Program-made: the position numbers and the translations under genes
In this document: positions 12,530 to 25,287 of the stretch, one piece after another
Layout of the letters: each line of letters starts with the position of its first letter
Numbering within the stretch: the stretch's first letter is position 1
NCBI GenBank assembly: GCA_964016885.1
Contig: OZ024742.1
Coordinates: 276,954,001-277,018,000, forward strand
Direction: 5' to 3'
DNA: 64,000 nucleotides
From: Eledone cirrhosa
Taxonomy: Eukaryota
The notes under the pieces: generated by a model
Told to the model about the DNA's origin: nothing
Seen by the model: the letters and a program-made list of their open reading frames with translations, nothing else
Databases searched by the model: none

Positions 12530-13580
12530 TCTATGCACATCAGGGCAGCAAGGAGCTGACCATTAATCCCATACTCTTGTAGAACCTCCCACAGCAGGTC
12601 CTGAGGAACACGGTTATATGTCTTTTCAAGGTCAACAAAAAAAGAATATACCTCTTAGCAATACTTCCCTGATTGCTCAAAGACATGCTCAGTGTGAATA
12701 GTTGGCTGTGCTGCGTTTGGGGCAAAAACCACACTGTTCATCAGCTAGCTTGGACTTGACAATCTCCCTGCATCTCTTTGCCAGACACTTAACATAGACT
12801 TTACTGGGGAGGCTTAACAAGAAGATCCCTCTTTAATTGGAAGAACCTTTCTTGTCTTTCTTTTTGAAAATTGGGGTTATCACTCCCAATTGCCATTGCT
12901 TAGGTGCCTTTCCAGAGATCCTGGCGACCCAGCACACACAAGTTAGCCAGAGAATACCTTGACACTCATCCTCTCAAGGAAGCCTGCACAGTGCATTCTA
13001 CATGTAAATGGAATTCCATTGAAGCAGGTAGAGAAGTTCAAGTACCTTGAGGCCATGTTCACGAGTGATAGTGGCAAGAAGCTGAATTAAGTGCAAGAAT
13101 AACAGTAATACACCAGCTTCAGCATTCAGTAATCAGAAGAAGGGAGGTAGGTGTAAAAGCCAAACTCGCTATCTTCAATTTGGTATTCATGTCAACCCTT
13201 ACTTATCATCATGAATCTTGGGTAACGACTGAAAGAATACGATCACGAATACAAGCGGTTGAAATGGGGTTCCACCGAAGGGTCTTTTGGGTAACATTAC
13301 TCAATAGAGTGCATAGCTTGAAGATCAGAGAATCATTCTGAGTAGAGCCACTACTTCTCTGAATTGAGAGATCACAGCTCCAATACTATGGGCATATGGT
13401 TAGAATGTCTCAGGAAAGAATCACTGGACAGATTTTACAGGCAAAACCAACTGGCAGGAGTAGACCTCAAGCAAGTTGGTTGGATAACATCCATGAGCTT
13501 GGCTTGGGGATCTAGCTGGATCAGTTGGAGATGATTGCTTCTGACAGAACCTGCTGGAAGGAGTGTAAGAAGAAGATGAT
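12530..13580 (+). mobile_element. RTE-like LINE with inverted 5' segment (12530-12960 on -, 12960-13580 on +)
   Basis: Minus: PIFKKKD..., EQCGF, FVDLEKTYNRVPQDLLW; plus: KQVEKFKYL, RIRSRIQAVEMGF, WLDNIHEL, ending GAAGAAGATGAT. Confidence 0.75.
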
Positions 13581-13684
13581 AATTATGTTTTTAACATAGA
13601 GTTAAAATGTTCTAGGCCCATTCACCCCTGGACACTTTGACAGCTATATATGAACTTTCATATAAATTTCAGTTTGTATTTCTC

Positions 13685-13895
13685 ACATTTGCCCGTAGCA
13701 GTGGAGACTTCTGGGGTCCTTGGCCCTAGGGTCATCTCCCTGCTCACCACCATCGGCACAGAGTTAGCTACCTGCAGGTGTGAACCTTGTGAGCTGGAAT
13801 AGCTTTTCCAGTGCAACTCCCTCACTATCCTCCAGGGAAACGCCTTCTCTATTTTGTCCCCTGGGACCAGTGCGGCCAGTGCATGGGCTCCCATT
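13685..13895 (+). mobile_element. 3' fragment of CRE-like element, copy 2
   Basis: PVAVETSGVLGPRVISLLTTIGTELATCRCEPCELE..FQCNSLTILQGNA; homologous to 8795-9050. Confidence 0.7.
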
Positions 13896-14311
13896 TCCTC
13901 ATAATAGAGAGAAATGGGGTGAGGAGGAGAGATTGAGACAGTGGGAATTTGGTTCCTTTGTGTTCGGACCTTGGTGTATGTTTCCCATAGCAATGTATAA
14001 CTTACTTAACATTGTCACATACACAATCATTCCCCTTTTTAATCAACTGCATTGAAATCTTAGTTTTTTGCGGCACATCTAATTACATCTCACAGTGCAT
14101 CAGTTTGGGAACCATTGCTCTAGGTGGTTGTTCGACCTGCTGGAAATAACAGTCAAATCATCCTCAACTCACACTATATCTTCTTGAAGAAGGAAGGACA
14201 CATTTGAATAAAATCATTATGGTCATGCTTTTCATTATAGTTCTGTCATATAAGTGTTGATCTGGGACTATCAACTTCTTTGAATGTATGTTTATGTGTA
14301 AATATAGGTAC

Positions 14312-14410
14312 GAGGTTGACTTTGCCTTTCATCCTTACGGGGTCGATAAATAAAGTACCAGTAATGCACTGGGTAATTGCTGGCCTTGTGCCTAAAGTAG
14401 AAACAATTAT
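14312..14410 (+). mobile_element. 5'-truncated tRNA-derived SINE
   Basis: Core and 3' end match the 8086-8276 consensus. Confidence 0.8.
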
Positions 14411-14877
14411 GACCTATATGTAAATGTGTCTACATTCCATAGTGTATAATTATAATAATTGGCATTATTTTCTGCCTATTTTGTGTACGACCTTATGTAT
14501 AACTTTAACCGCATATCAGTTCTGATTGAATAGATCTATGATAAAAGACATCCCAGGCACGATAATTTCGCCTGCTTTCCAGGTATACCCCGTATAAGTC
14601 TATATTATTTAACGAGTTTTTTTTCTTTAAACATGTGGCTGCTATTTCTAGCGGACCGAGTGACCACACAGAGCCTCCCTTGTGTATAATTTACTTTGTT
14701 GTTAGTGTTGCTATTGCTGTTTTAGTCGTATGTTTACCGTCATCGAGCAGAAGTTTTATCAAAGGAGTTTTTTTTAAGACAATGGTTTTAGAGAGATTTG
14801 GCTGCTATTTCTAGCATATTACATTGGTTGACTCGCACGTACATTTAATTAGTATATAATATATAGAGCAAGCTGTG

Positions 14878-14878
<1 letters not shown>

Positions 14879-14932
<54 letters not shown>

Positions 14933-14948
14933 CACACACACACATACA
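14879..14948. repeat. (TA)n(CA)n microsatellite
   Basis: Direct reading. Confidence 0.9.
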
Positions 14949-15199
14949 TAAATGAATGTTGTTAAGCGATAGATTAACCCCAAACTAGCAGACGTATAAT
15001 CTAAAGTATTCCAGCTGTGACTATCCTTTTGTATTGTTTTTCGAGCATTGTGTGATATGAACTACTTTATATTCCATTCTTTTTATACGATAGGGTATAA
15101 TTTCAGATTGATGTGTCTGCTATTTATAGAAGAAAGTCGACTAATTTCTGTTTTTACATCTTAGTACACACCTCTGTAGCAGCGTGTGACTGACTAACG

Positions 15200-15337
15200 G
15201 TTTGTGTGTGTATATATAATATATATACATACATATGCCGCCCCGTTGAATTTAGTTCGTTATACCCCTGAATAACTTTCCTGTTTGTCTCTTTCCCTCC
15301 CTTCCTATCTATTACTTTATCAATCTGTACGACAAAG
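15200..15337 (+). promoter_or_regulatory. Putative promoter/5'UTR of the ANKRD40-like gene
   Basis: Unique, relatively CpG-retaining sequence just upstream of AAAGATGG (good Kozak context); GC-box CCGCCCC at ~15238. Position-based inference. Confidence 0.3.
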
Positions 15338-15522
15338 ATGGACACAAACGGCTACGATGAAGAGTCCAGTACGGCAGCAACATCGGTCACCACAACAACA
15401 GCCACTCGTGCTGAGCAAGAATCGTTGAGAGAAGCTGCGGCCATCGGTGACATTATTAAACTGCGTCAACTTGTGGAAAACTTTCATGTCGATATCAATT
15501 CACAGAATAATCTCAACGGATA
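15338..15522 (+). CDS. ANKRD40: First coding exon of ankyrin repeat domain-containing protein 40-like gene
   Basis: EQESLREAAAIGDIIKLRQLVENFHVDINSQNNLNG matches the ANKRD40 N-terminus (QERLREAAALGD..VQKLV.SGVDVNSQNEVNGW); donor GTAAGC at 15523 in phase 2. Downstream exons not found in the window. Confidence 0.8.
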
Positions 15523-16001
15523 GTAAGCAACAACTTTCTCTGCAAGACTTATTTTTTATGTTTCAGATATGTTTCATTTTAACTGCGGAAATTGAAAATA
15601 ACGAACGAATATACACACCTGAATATATATATATATATAAAGGTAGTTTAAAAACAAAATGTTAAGTGCCACTAATCAGGCTACATTACAAAATAGCTAT
15701 ATATTAGTTGATTAAAAGACCATTTAACATGTCTTTATATATATATATACACACACATATATATTGTGTATATTCACTAATACTATAAAATTGCAGTGTC
15801 CTTGTCAGTTCTTATTAATGTTATAAAATGTAGAATAAGTTCTCATTTTATTAGGCTCTGTATTTTCGTTCAATGCCTTTCCGTCTGATAAAAACTATTC
15901 ATTAACTTTTCTCCGTATACATATGACACATAAACATTGTCTGATAGTTTATATATATACATACATTAACGGCAATATGTATATATATATATATACACAC
16001 A

Positions 16002-16046
<45 letters not shown>

Positions 16047-16668
16047 ATATATAGCACAGCCATAAGTGTATTGGTGTGAGGTGAGATGAAATAGAAAGTA
16101 ATTTTTCAGGTGACCTAACTTACTCACTTTGTATTTCCAGATTGCTTCCACTAAACTGGTGCTACATATACACACCTATATATATAATGTGTACACATAT
16201 GTATATATATATATAATGTGTATATATATTTATGTATGTGTGTATTTTCTTAGGTTTATTAAAACTTGTGTATCTTGGTTTCCTTTCTTGCAGATTGACT
16301 GCACATTCACAATATATACATACATATGTATTTGCGATCTGGTTACGACTTTTTCTTTTACTATTTTTCGAATATTTTCTCTTATTTTACCTAATTTCCT
16401 ATTTTGTTGTTTTGTTTTAAATATATATCCATTAGTGTATATACCTGTTATGTATGTAATATTTCTCACTGTCCGCCATTAACCTTAGTATCGCAGCATA
16501 TTTATACTTCTTTTACACAAGTAGATAGATAATGCAAAAGGTAAAAAAATAAATAAATAAATATGCCACTAGTGTCTGAGAATAATAATGATATGTGTAG
16601 ATGAAAATGTTTTTGTACCGGGGAAGAAGACCTCTCGACGGTTGTTGTTTAGATCGCCATCCCTTGTC

Positions 16669-16837
16669 ATATATTTACCGGCGTCGAAGACGCTACTTTT
16701 TTCCTAAAATAAGTCTAAAAAATCTACCATGCGTCCTGGAGGCCGAAGGTTGTTTATTATTTTTTTTCAAATTTTTTGGTTGTCAAAATTAGGGTGCGTC
16801 CTCTAGGACGAAGAGTCTTCGGCGCCCGGAAATACGG
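16669..16837. mobile_element. Tc1/mariner (Tc2/pogo-type) MITE
   Basis: Imperfect TIRs ATATTTACCGGCGTCGAAGACGC / GAGTCTTCGGCGCCCGGAAATACGG followed by TA; CCGTA-type terminus. Confidence 0.6.
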
Positions 16838-16919
16838 TATGTTATCAGTCGCTGTAAATCCTGATTTCGGTTTCACGCTACACAAATGATTTTTCACCTA
16901 GTCAAAAAACCACATCCGT

Positions 16920-17700
16920 CACAGTCGATTTGACTGAAACTAGTATCTGACTGGTACTTATTTTATTTTCACCGGAAAGTCTAAGTTGACTCACCATGGA
17001 TTTTTAATCGGATTGTAAATGGATGGAACTAAATGCAATAAGCCATTAAGTCCGATACTTTACCTATTTTATTACTGCTCATAATAATTTATAACATTGG
17101 ACACAAGACCAGAAATATTGAAGGGAGGAGTCAGTCGATTATATCAACTGGTATTTTTATTTTATAGGCTCCATAACTATGAAAAGCTAAGTTGACCTCG
17201 GCTTGATTTGGACTTTTTGTCCGACGCTCAAACGATTTTGCCAATAATAATTGTTTCTAACATGACACAAGGGCATAACATTTTGGGGAAGGGGTTTGTC
17301 GATTATATCAATGTAGTATACTGTTATTTTTTCGACCTGGGAAGAATATTGAGCTGAGAACATAAAGAGCATGGACAAATAATTGTCTAATGCTTTAACA
17401 ATTCGGCCAATCCACCAATAAAATAATAATAATAATGTTTTCTGATTTAATACAAGGCCAACACTTTGGGGGGAAGGGAAAGACGATGAAATTGACCCCT
17501 GGTACTTTATTTTATCGATCCCGTAGAGATAAAAGGCAAAGCTAGCCTCAGTAGGATTTGAACTCAGGCCACAAATTTGTATTATTGAATCAAAGTGTGT
17601 TCATGTCTTGTACTTATTTTTATGAACCCCAGAGGAACGAAAAGGAAACGTCAACTCTGATAGAATTTTATCTCAGAATACGGAGATGAAATCAGACGAA
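16920..17700 (-). mobile_element. Cluster of old, degenerate SINE copies
   Basis: Repeated ACAAGGCCA...GGTACTT(T)ATTTT...AAAGGCAAAG..GACCTC..GATTTGAACTCAG fragments. Confidence 0.65.
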
Positions 17701-18274
17701 CATTCATTTGTCATTTCACTAGGAGCCTATATTAAGAGTTTTACCAGACCCCAAAATATGTTATTTAAATGAAAAACTAATTCTAGTTTTCCACATTATA
17801 TGTACAGTATATAGTAGTGTTGTAGTTTAACTTATAAAAACTTTAAAGCATGGGTGGCTAAGATTTTAGATATTAACAGCTAAATCCATTAGCTCCAAAT
17901 AACTATGTAGGTGGTATAGCTCACTCCTGTCAATTGGCAATACTGTGAAATTGATGTGTGATACATTAGCCTGGAATGTTCAATTCTTGTGAAAAAGAAA
18001 AAAAGGAACTGATTAGTACTGACAGACAACACTGTTAATATGAACTCGAAATGAAAGTTACTTGAAGCATGTGTGGGATCTCGACTGACATATGGAATAC
18101 AATCTTGGCTATGAAAAATAGAAGCACGCTGAATTCAGTTTCAAGAAGCATAATTCAAAGGGGTTGGAGCAGAGTCAGTCGTGGTTGAAGTATTTTCTTG
18201 TCCTGTAGAGGAAAGCTTGTCTTTTGGATGCTGTTTGGCAATGTTAAAAATGTGGCAGTCACTGAACTAGTCGC

Positions 18275-21200
18275 TTTTGTTGTGTCACCTTCACGACCAC
18301 TTTACTGTGTGTGCCGGGTTCTTTTTGTCATGGCACCAGAACGAACAATTTACACTGTGGGCTGAGCGCTTTTTCTGGCAGCTCCAAAGCAACAATTTTA
18401 CAGGGTGTACTGGGTGCTTGGCACCAAAACGACCACTTTCTGTTGTGTCATCATCATGCCCCCTTTACAGGTTGGACTAGGTGCTTTTGTCATGATTCCA
18501 TTATGCTCACTTTACAGGGTGGACTGGGCACTTTTGTTGTGTCCCCAAATTGCCTACACCATAGGGCTGGCTGGACACCTTCTGTTGTGCCACCAATACA
18601 CCTACTTTACATACTGGGCTAGGAGCCTCCTGTTGTGTCACCAACATGACTGCCTTACAGGGTGGACTAGAGGCTTTTGTTGTGTCACCAGCATGACCAC
18701 TTTACAGGGTGAACTAAGAACTATTAGCCATTAGCCACTTCAGCAGCATTGTGTGAGTGCATGTTCATCTTTCTAAGCAATATGTTAATCAAGAGAGGTG
18801 GTTAAATGTGGAGAGTGGGGGTGGCTGTGTTGGTCAGGAGGGAGTCAGATGTGGAAAGAGTGAAGGATGGGGTGGAAGGATAGGACCAGGGTGGGGTACT
18901 TAGCTGGTGAAGAGTGGAGTGTGAGACATGTAAGGTATATGGAAGTGGACATGTGAAGTGTATGGAAGGGAGAAGGGGAGAAGTGATGCTACTAGAGACC
19001 ACTAGATATTATTTCATCTTATGCACATGGGAAGGTGGGTCTTCTGCAGTACTGTATGGAGGGGCAGGAGGCAAAGTGGAGTATACTAGAGGCTACAAGA
19101 TGTTGCTACATTTTGTGTTCCTGCGAGTGTGGGTCTTCTGCATAACGCCAGGGATCTCGATCCTGTATCATCACCTTTGTGAGGTGAAATTGTGTGAGGT
19201 CAGTTTTCATCACCTCATCCCAAACTTTCCTAGGTCTACCTCTTATATAACTTCTCAACTTTGAGTGCCCTACACCTTTTTATACAGTTGTCATCCTTCA
19301 TATGCATCACATGTCCATACCACCGCAATCTCCTCTCTTTCACACTGTATCTGATTCCTCTTATATCCAGTTTCTCTCTTAATTCATTTACATTTTGCCA
19401 TTCATGTATATTACTATTACATATCCATTGGAACATGCAAGCTTCATTTCTTTCTAATCTACGCATGTCTGCTACACACAGTGCCCAGGTCTCACTACCA
19501 TGCAACATTGCTGTTGGTATACATGCCTCATAGAATCTGCCCTTGATTTTGAGAGCAAAACCTTTTGTAGCTAGCAGCAGTAGTAACTCCCTGAACTTTT
19601 TCCATCCCATTCTCACTCTGGCTACTGTTCTTTCAGAACACCCACCTCCACTGGTAATTTGGTCGCCCAGATAACAGAAGCTGTTAACTGCTTCTACAGA
19701 ACTCTCTAAAAATTTGATAGAACTTGTTTCCTGTGAACATTTGCTGCTTACTGTTCCTGTGCAAAGCCTACATGTAAAACCTGTGTTCATTGCTAGCCTA
19801 CCTGAGATCCTGCTATATCTCTTGTTTACCGATAGTTTGCATTTGGGATAGAGGATTTAATTTCTACTCACCACTTTCTACACCCTGAGCAGGGCCATTT
19901 CCCAGACGAGAGGAGGGCCTTGTTTTTATTTCTACTTACTAGAACTTTGGTCTTTGCCAAGTTGACTTTAAGAAGTTTTGATTCCAAGTTATGCTTCCAG
20001 GTCCAGAATTTTTTCTCTAGTTCTTCTTTAGATTCAACTAGGATAGTTAGATCCTCAGCATATATGAGTTCCCGAGGACATCCTGTTTTAAACTCTTCTA
20101 CTATAGCCTGGTGGATCAGAAACAGGACAGGCTAAAGATGGCGCCCTGGTGGACCCCCAACTTGCATGCTAAACTCACTATAGTCATTATTAATTTTAAG
20201 CTTGATGACTGCACCTCTGTACATGGCTTGTACTGCCTTCACAAGCCAGTCGTCCAAACCTAGTTTCCACCAGATTACAAAATGAGGGACTTTGTCAAAA
20301 GCTTTTTCCAGGTCAACAAATGCCTGGTAGAGAGGTTTACTTTTTGTTTGGTACTTTTCTTGCTGTTGCCTCACAAGGAAGAGCATATCCATGGTACTTT
20401 TACCTGGTACAAATCCGAACTGCAACTCATCTAGGTTAATTTGATTCCTAATCAGTTGTACAATGACTTTCTGTAACTTTCATGACCTGGAGCAACAATT
20501 TGAAGCCTCGCTAGTTTCCTCTGTCTAGTGCATCACCTTTGCCCTTGTAGCAATTGACAATGCTTCTGCTACACCAGTCATTGAGTATATCACCATTTTG
20601 AATTACTTGGGGGCTTATGGTGTGACCTACCCTCCCAGATGCTTTTAGTATCTCAGCAACTATTGGCAATGGTCCAGCTTTGTTAGTGTTTACATCCATA
20701 ATTGCCTTACAACACTGCCACTGAATTGTACAGCTGGTCACTGTTGGGTCTACTAGGAGCTGGCTATCTTTCTCCCACACATTCTCCTCATTTATCAGTC
20801 TCTCATAATAACACCTCCATGCTGTCTTTTCAGTCCCAGTGAGGGCAAGTGCACCATTGTCATCCTGGATACACTTCTCTCCAACAACATCACAATTTTC
20901 CCTGACCCACTGCCTCGCGATCCTGAACACCTCACATCTGTGGTCCACATGTCACATAACATGCATAAACTTTTTATGTTCTGCTTCTCTCCTTGCAAAT
21001 TATACTTGTCACCTAGCCTCTCTCCTGGCTTCTTGGTAAAGTTCGCTGCTTCCCCCATTTTACCATTCTTTCCATGCTTGTCTCTTAGCCTTAATTGTTT
21101 CACCCACCCTGCTATTCCATCACCAAGTTACTCTCCTACTCCTTGGGCCTCTGGTCAGCCACATACCTCATTTGTGGCCCCCAGTAGATTATCTTTAAGG

Positions 21201-21640
21201 AATTCCCACTGCTCCTCTATATTGAATGTTGCTATTTCTTCTTTCTTATTTTCAAAAGCATCAAGTAAGATATTCCTAAATTTGTTCAGGCTGAGGGCTC
21301 CTTCATTTTTCCATATCCTTCTAATCCAGGTAGCTCTCTGCCTCCCAGTTCTTCTAGCTCTAATTAACAAATCTCTAATTACTAGGTTATCTTGGGAGGT
21401 GCATTCCTTGCCAGGAAGGGATTTTGTGTTAACGATCATTGCTGGTGAGGATGAAATCTATTTGGCTGGTGTGCTCACCTGATCTATAGGGGATCAAGTG
21501 GTTGTCTGGTTGTTTTAAGTTAGTGTTACAGATCATTAGTTCATTAGCATCACAGAATTTCAGGAGCCAGTATCCTTCCTTATTTCTAGCACCAAATCCA
21601 TAACACCTGTGGATCTCATCGAAGCCATCACTTTGTTCCT
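18275..21640 (-). mobile_element. Degraded long RTE LINE (part of APE, RT, PHD-like finger, 3'UTR tandem repeats)
   Basis: Minus frames: [78 protein letters not shown]; ~48-bp UTR repeats at 18290-18715. Confidence 0.88.
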
Positions 21641-21852
21641 CAACATGTCCATTACAATCTTCTGCATTGCTTGGTATGTGACATCTTTTGCACTTGGCAT
21701 GGCTGGCCACAGGTAAATCCGTAGCAAGACCAAAAAGCCATGTCTGTGCTGCTCATGCTGAAGTGATAGCATTACTTGTAATCAAGTTGCAGCCATCAAG
21801 CAGAGAAAAGCGGATGTAAAATGAAAAAAAAAAAAAATATTTATATGTGTGT

Positions 21853-21896
<44 letters not shown>

Positions 21897-22112
21897 AAAT
21901 TTGTTTTTGCTCTTAACATGGTAGATACCTAAATGTATTCATGAGTGAATAATAATAATAATATAATAATATTGTTAATATTAGGTTTGTTTGCAAATAA
22001 ATAGCCTCATAAACACTGCATGGTAGATGACCAAAGTCATCATTTTGTTCCAGAGAGAGAAAACAGTCGATAATTGTTTTGGAATATTTGTTCCTTATCA
22101 AGATTGTATATA

Positions 22113-22237
22113 CATAGTATTCTCAAATGTATACATCGGCTAATTAGCCTCATTTGCATACCGAGCAATTTTACACTCTGAAACAATTGTAGGCAAATGA
22201 GGCTAATCAGCCGATGTATACATTTGAGAATACTATG
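22113..22237. mobile_element. Small palindromic MITE with TA flanks
   Basis: ~48-bp arms CATAGTATTCTCAAATGTATACATCGGCT.ATTAGCCTCATTTGC and their reverse complement; TA on both sides. Confidence 0.7.
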
Positions 22238-22239
22238 TA

Positions 22240-23156
22240 CTCTCAGCAGTTCATGCACACTATTGTTACACATCCATCTGATCATGCAGGCTTCCTTTTT
22301 TTCCAATCTCCGCAGATCCTCGGCAAATAAGCCCATGTTTTGTTTCCATGTAGCATTGCTGTGCACACGGGCAGCATATAGCTTTTGTAGCTAGCAATGG
22401 TAGTGGCTCCATGAACATTTTCCATCCCGTTCTTACTCTGGCAACTGTACTTTCTGCGCAACCACCTTCACTGCTGATTTGGTTACCCAGATAGCAGAAA
22501 CTGTCAACTATTTCTATGGGTTCCTCTGTGCTTTTGAAGGAGCTTGCTTCCTGGGGGTTTTTGCTTACTACCTCTGCGCAGTGTCAACATATGGAATCTG
22601 TTTTTTTCGCTAGCCTGCCTGTTTTCCCACTACACCTCTTGTGTACCCACAGTTTGCATTCAAGGCACCGGATTGAGTTTCAACCAACTTCTCTCCTAGA
22701 CACGGCAGAGCCATTTCTCTGGGGGGATCAGGGCCCCGTTTTCTTTGCTACTCACGAGGATTTGAGTCTTTTCCAGGTTGACTTCAAGGTCTTATTTCCA
22801 AGTTGTGCTTCCATGTCTGAAATTTCTTCTCTAGTTCTGTCATAGAATCGGCTAAGAGAGTCAGTTTGTCGGCGTATCGGAGTTCCCATGGGCAACGAGT
22901 CTTAAATTACTCTGTTATAGCCTGTAGAACAATAATGAAGAGAAGGGGGCTAAAGACTTTGCTGGTGCCCCCCTCCCCCCTGCTTGTACATGGTTTATAC
23001 TGGTCTCATGAGCCACTCATCTACCCCTTGTTTTCTGAAAGCCCACCAGATTAAGGGTTGCAGGACCCTGTCAAAAGCTTTCTCTAGGTCCATGAATGCT
23101 AAGTAGAGTGGCTTGCTTTTAGCCAAATACTTCTGCATTTACTTCACAAGGAAAAG
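22240..23156 (-). mobile_element. Degraded RTE LINE fragment
   Basis: KYLAKSKPLYLAFMDLEKAFDRV, CPWELRYADKL, FCYLGNQIS, LRRLEKKEACMIRWMCN on the minus strand. Confidence 0.82.
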
Positions 23157-23718
23157 CAGAGGCGTATCTAGGGTATGGCAAGCATGGCACATGCCATGGG
23201 AGCCACTTTAAGGCGAGTGCTACCTGGACTAGGAACACTTTCTATTAAAGTCAGATAAGCTATTGTCAGAGAGTGAAAAAAGAAACTTCTTCAGATGTAT
23301 GATCTGTCTTTGATTATCTTGAGTGAGAAACATTATGGTGGCTGGATCATTAAACTATTCATATAAATTATTAGGCCCAGAGGTAAAAATACTGTGCTGG
23401 GAACTACATGATCACAGAGGCATACCTTATAGTATGACTTGTCAAATATTTTAATAGGGTTTTAATATTTATCAAAGATCAGTATTACACAGATTACTCC
23501 CTTCAATTACACTAACACTTTTGCCAATAATTTATATATACTTAAGTGTAAAGGATACCTATAGAACAAATGAAAATGCAGTTTAATACCCTAAACCCAC
23601 ATTTATTTAAACTGTGCTGTAATCTCATTGTTTATCAACTACTATATAGCTTGCGGCATGGGCAGGGGCGCAATTTCAATGTTTGCCATAGGTGCTGTTT
23701 TCTCTTGTTACACCTCTA
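23157..23718. mobile_element. hAT-like non-autonomous element inserted in the RTE fragment
   Basis: Ends CAGAGGCGTATCTAG / TTGTTACACCTCTA; imperfect TSD-like flanks AGGAAAAG / AGGAAGAA. Confidence 0.55.
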
Positions 23719-23879
23719 GGAAGAAAGCCTTCGTTTTTGGGGCTCATCTCTCTTTCACTATTTTCCGGTTCATTTTCAGCCGCACAGGTTGAACAAGTTG
23801 GTCATCAGGGCTAATGAAACGTACGTACCTGGTATGACGCCAATGTTGTAACTGGCCTTAATAATTATATATATATATA

Positions 23880-24595
23880 TGTATGCAGTAGATGTACAGG
23901 GAAATTAGACAGTAGAAGTCGCACTGATAGACACATTTTTCAAATGCGAGAGGGCGCTATAGAAGTGGTGGATAGCTTCCGGTACCTAGGAGATCAGATT
24001 AGCATGGGAGGAGGGTGTTCTGAGGCCATAGTATCTAGAATAAGGACGGGTTGGAAGAAGTTTAGGGAGCTGCTTCCTCTGTTGACGAAGAAGGGTTTCT
24101 CCCTGCGTACGAAAGGCCGGTTGTATGATGCCTGTGTGAGGAGCGCGATGCTGCATGGTAGTGAGACATGGGCAGCAACTGCAGAGGATATGCGACGGCT
24201 GGAGAGAAATGAGGCAAGCATGCTCCGTTGGATGTGCAGTGTAAATGTGCGTGAACGACCCAGCATAAATGTGTTGAGAGAGAAACTGTGTCTGAGAGGG
24301 ATAGAATGTAGTGTACGGGAGAGGAGACTGAGGTGGTATGGACATGTGATGCGCATGGAGGATGACCGATGGGTGAAGAAGTGCCAGGAAATGGCAGTTG
24401 AAGGAAGACGTGGTAGAGGTAGACCACGAAAAACATGGGCGGAGGTGGTGAGAACAGACCTCAGATCATTGAAGCTCACGGTGGAGATGACGAGGGACCG
24501 TGACGAGTGGAGAGATGCTGTGCTGAATAAGACCCGTCCCTCCCTTGCAAGCAGGGAAAAGCGGACGTAAAATGATGATGATGATGATGATGATG

Positions 24596-24597
<2 letters not shown>
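23880..24597 (+). mobile_element. 5'-truncated RTE LINE, subfamily A (open ORF2 C-terminus, essentially no 3'UTR)
   Basis: Open frame from 23881 ([48 protein letters not shown]) to stop at 24570; (GAT)n tail; (TA)n on both sides. Confidence 0.93.

Positions 24598-25287
<690 letters not shown>

Noticed and set aside
21660-21772. DLPVASH-containing frame as the DHRS12 terminal exon
   Set aside because: No suitable acceptor or phase, no further similarity, and it abuts the RTE remnant.
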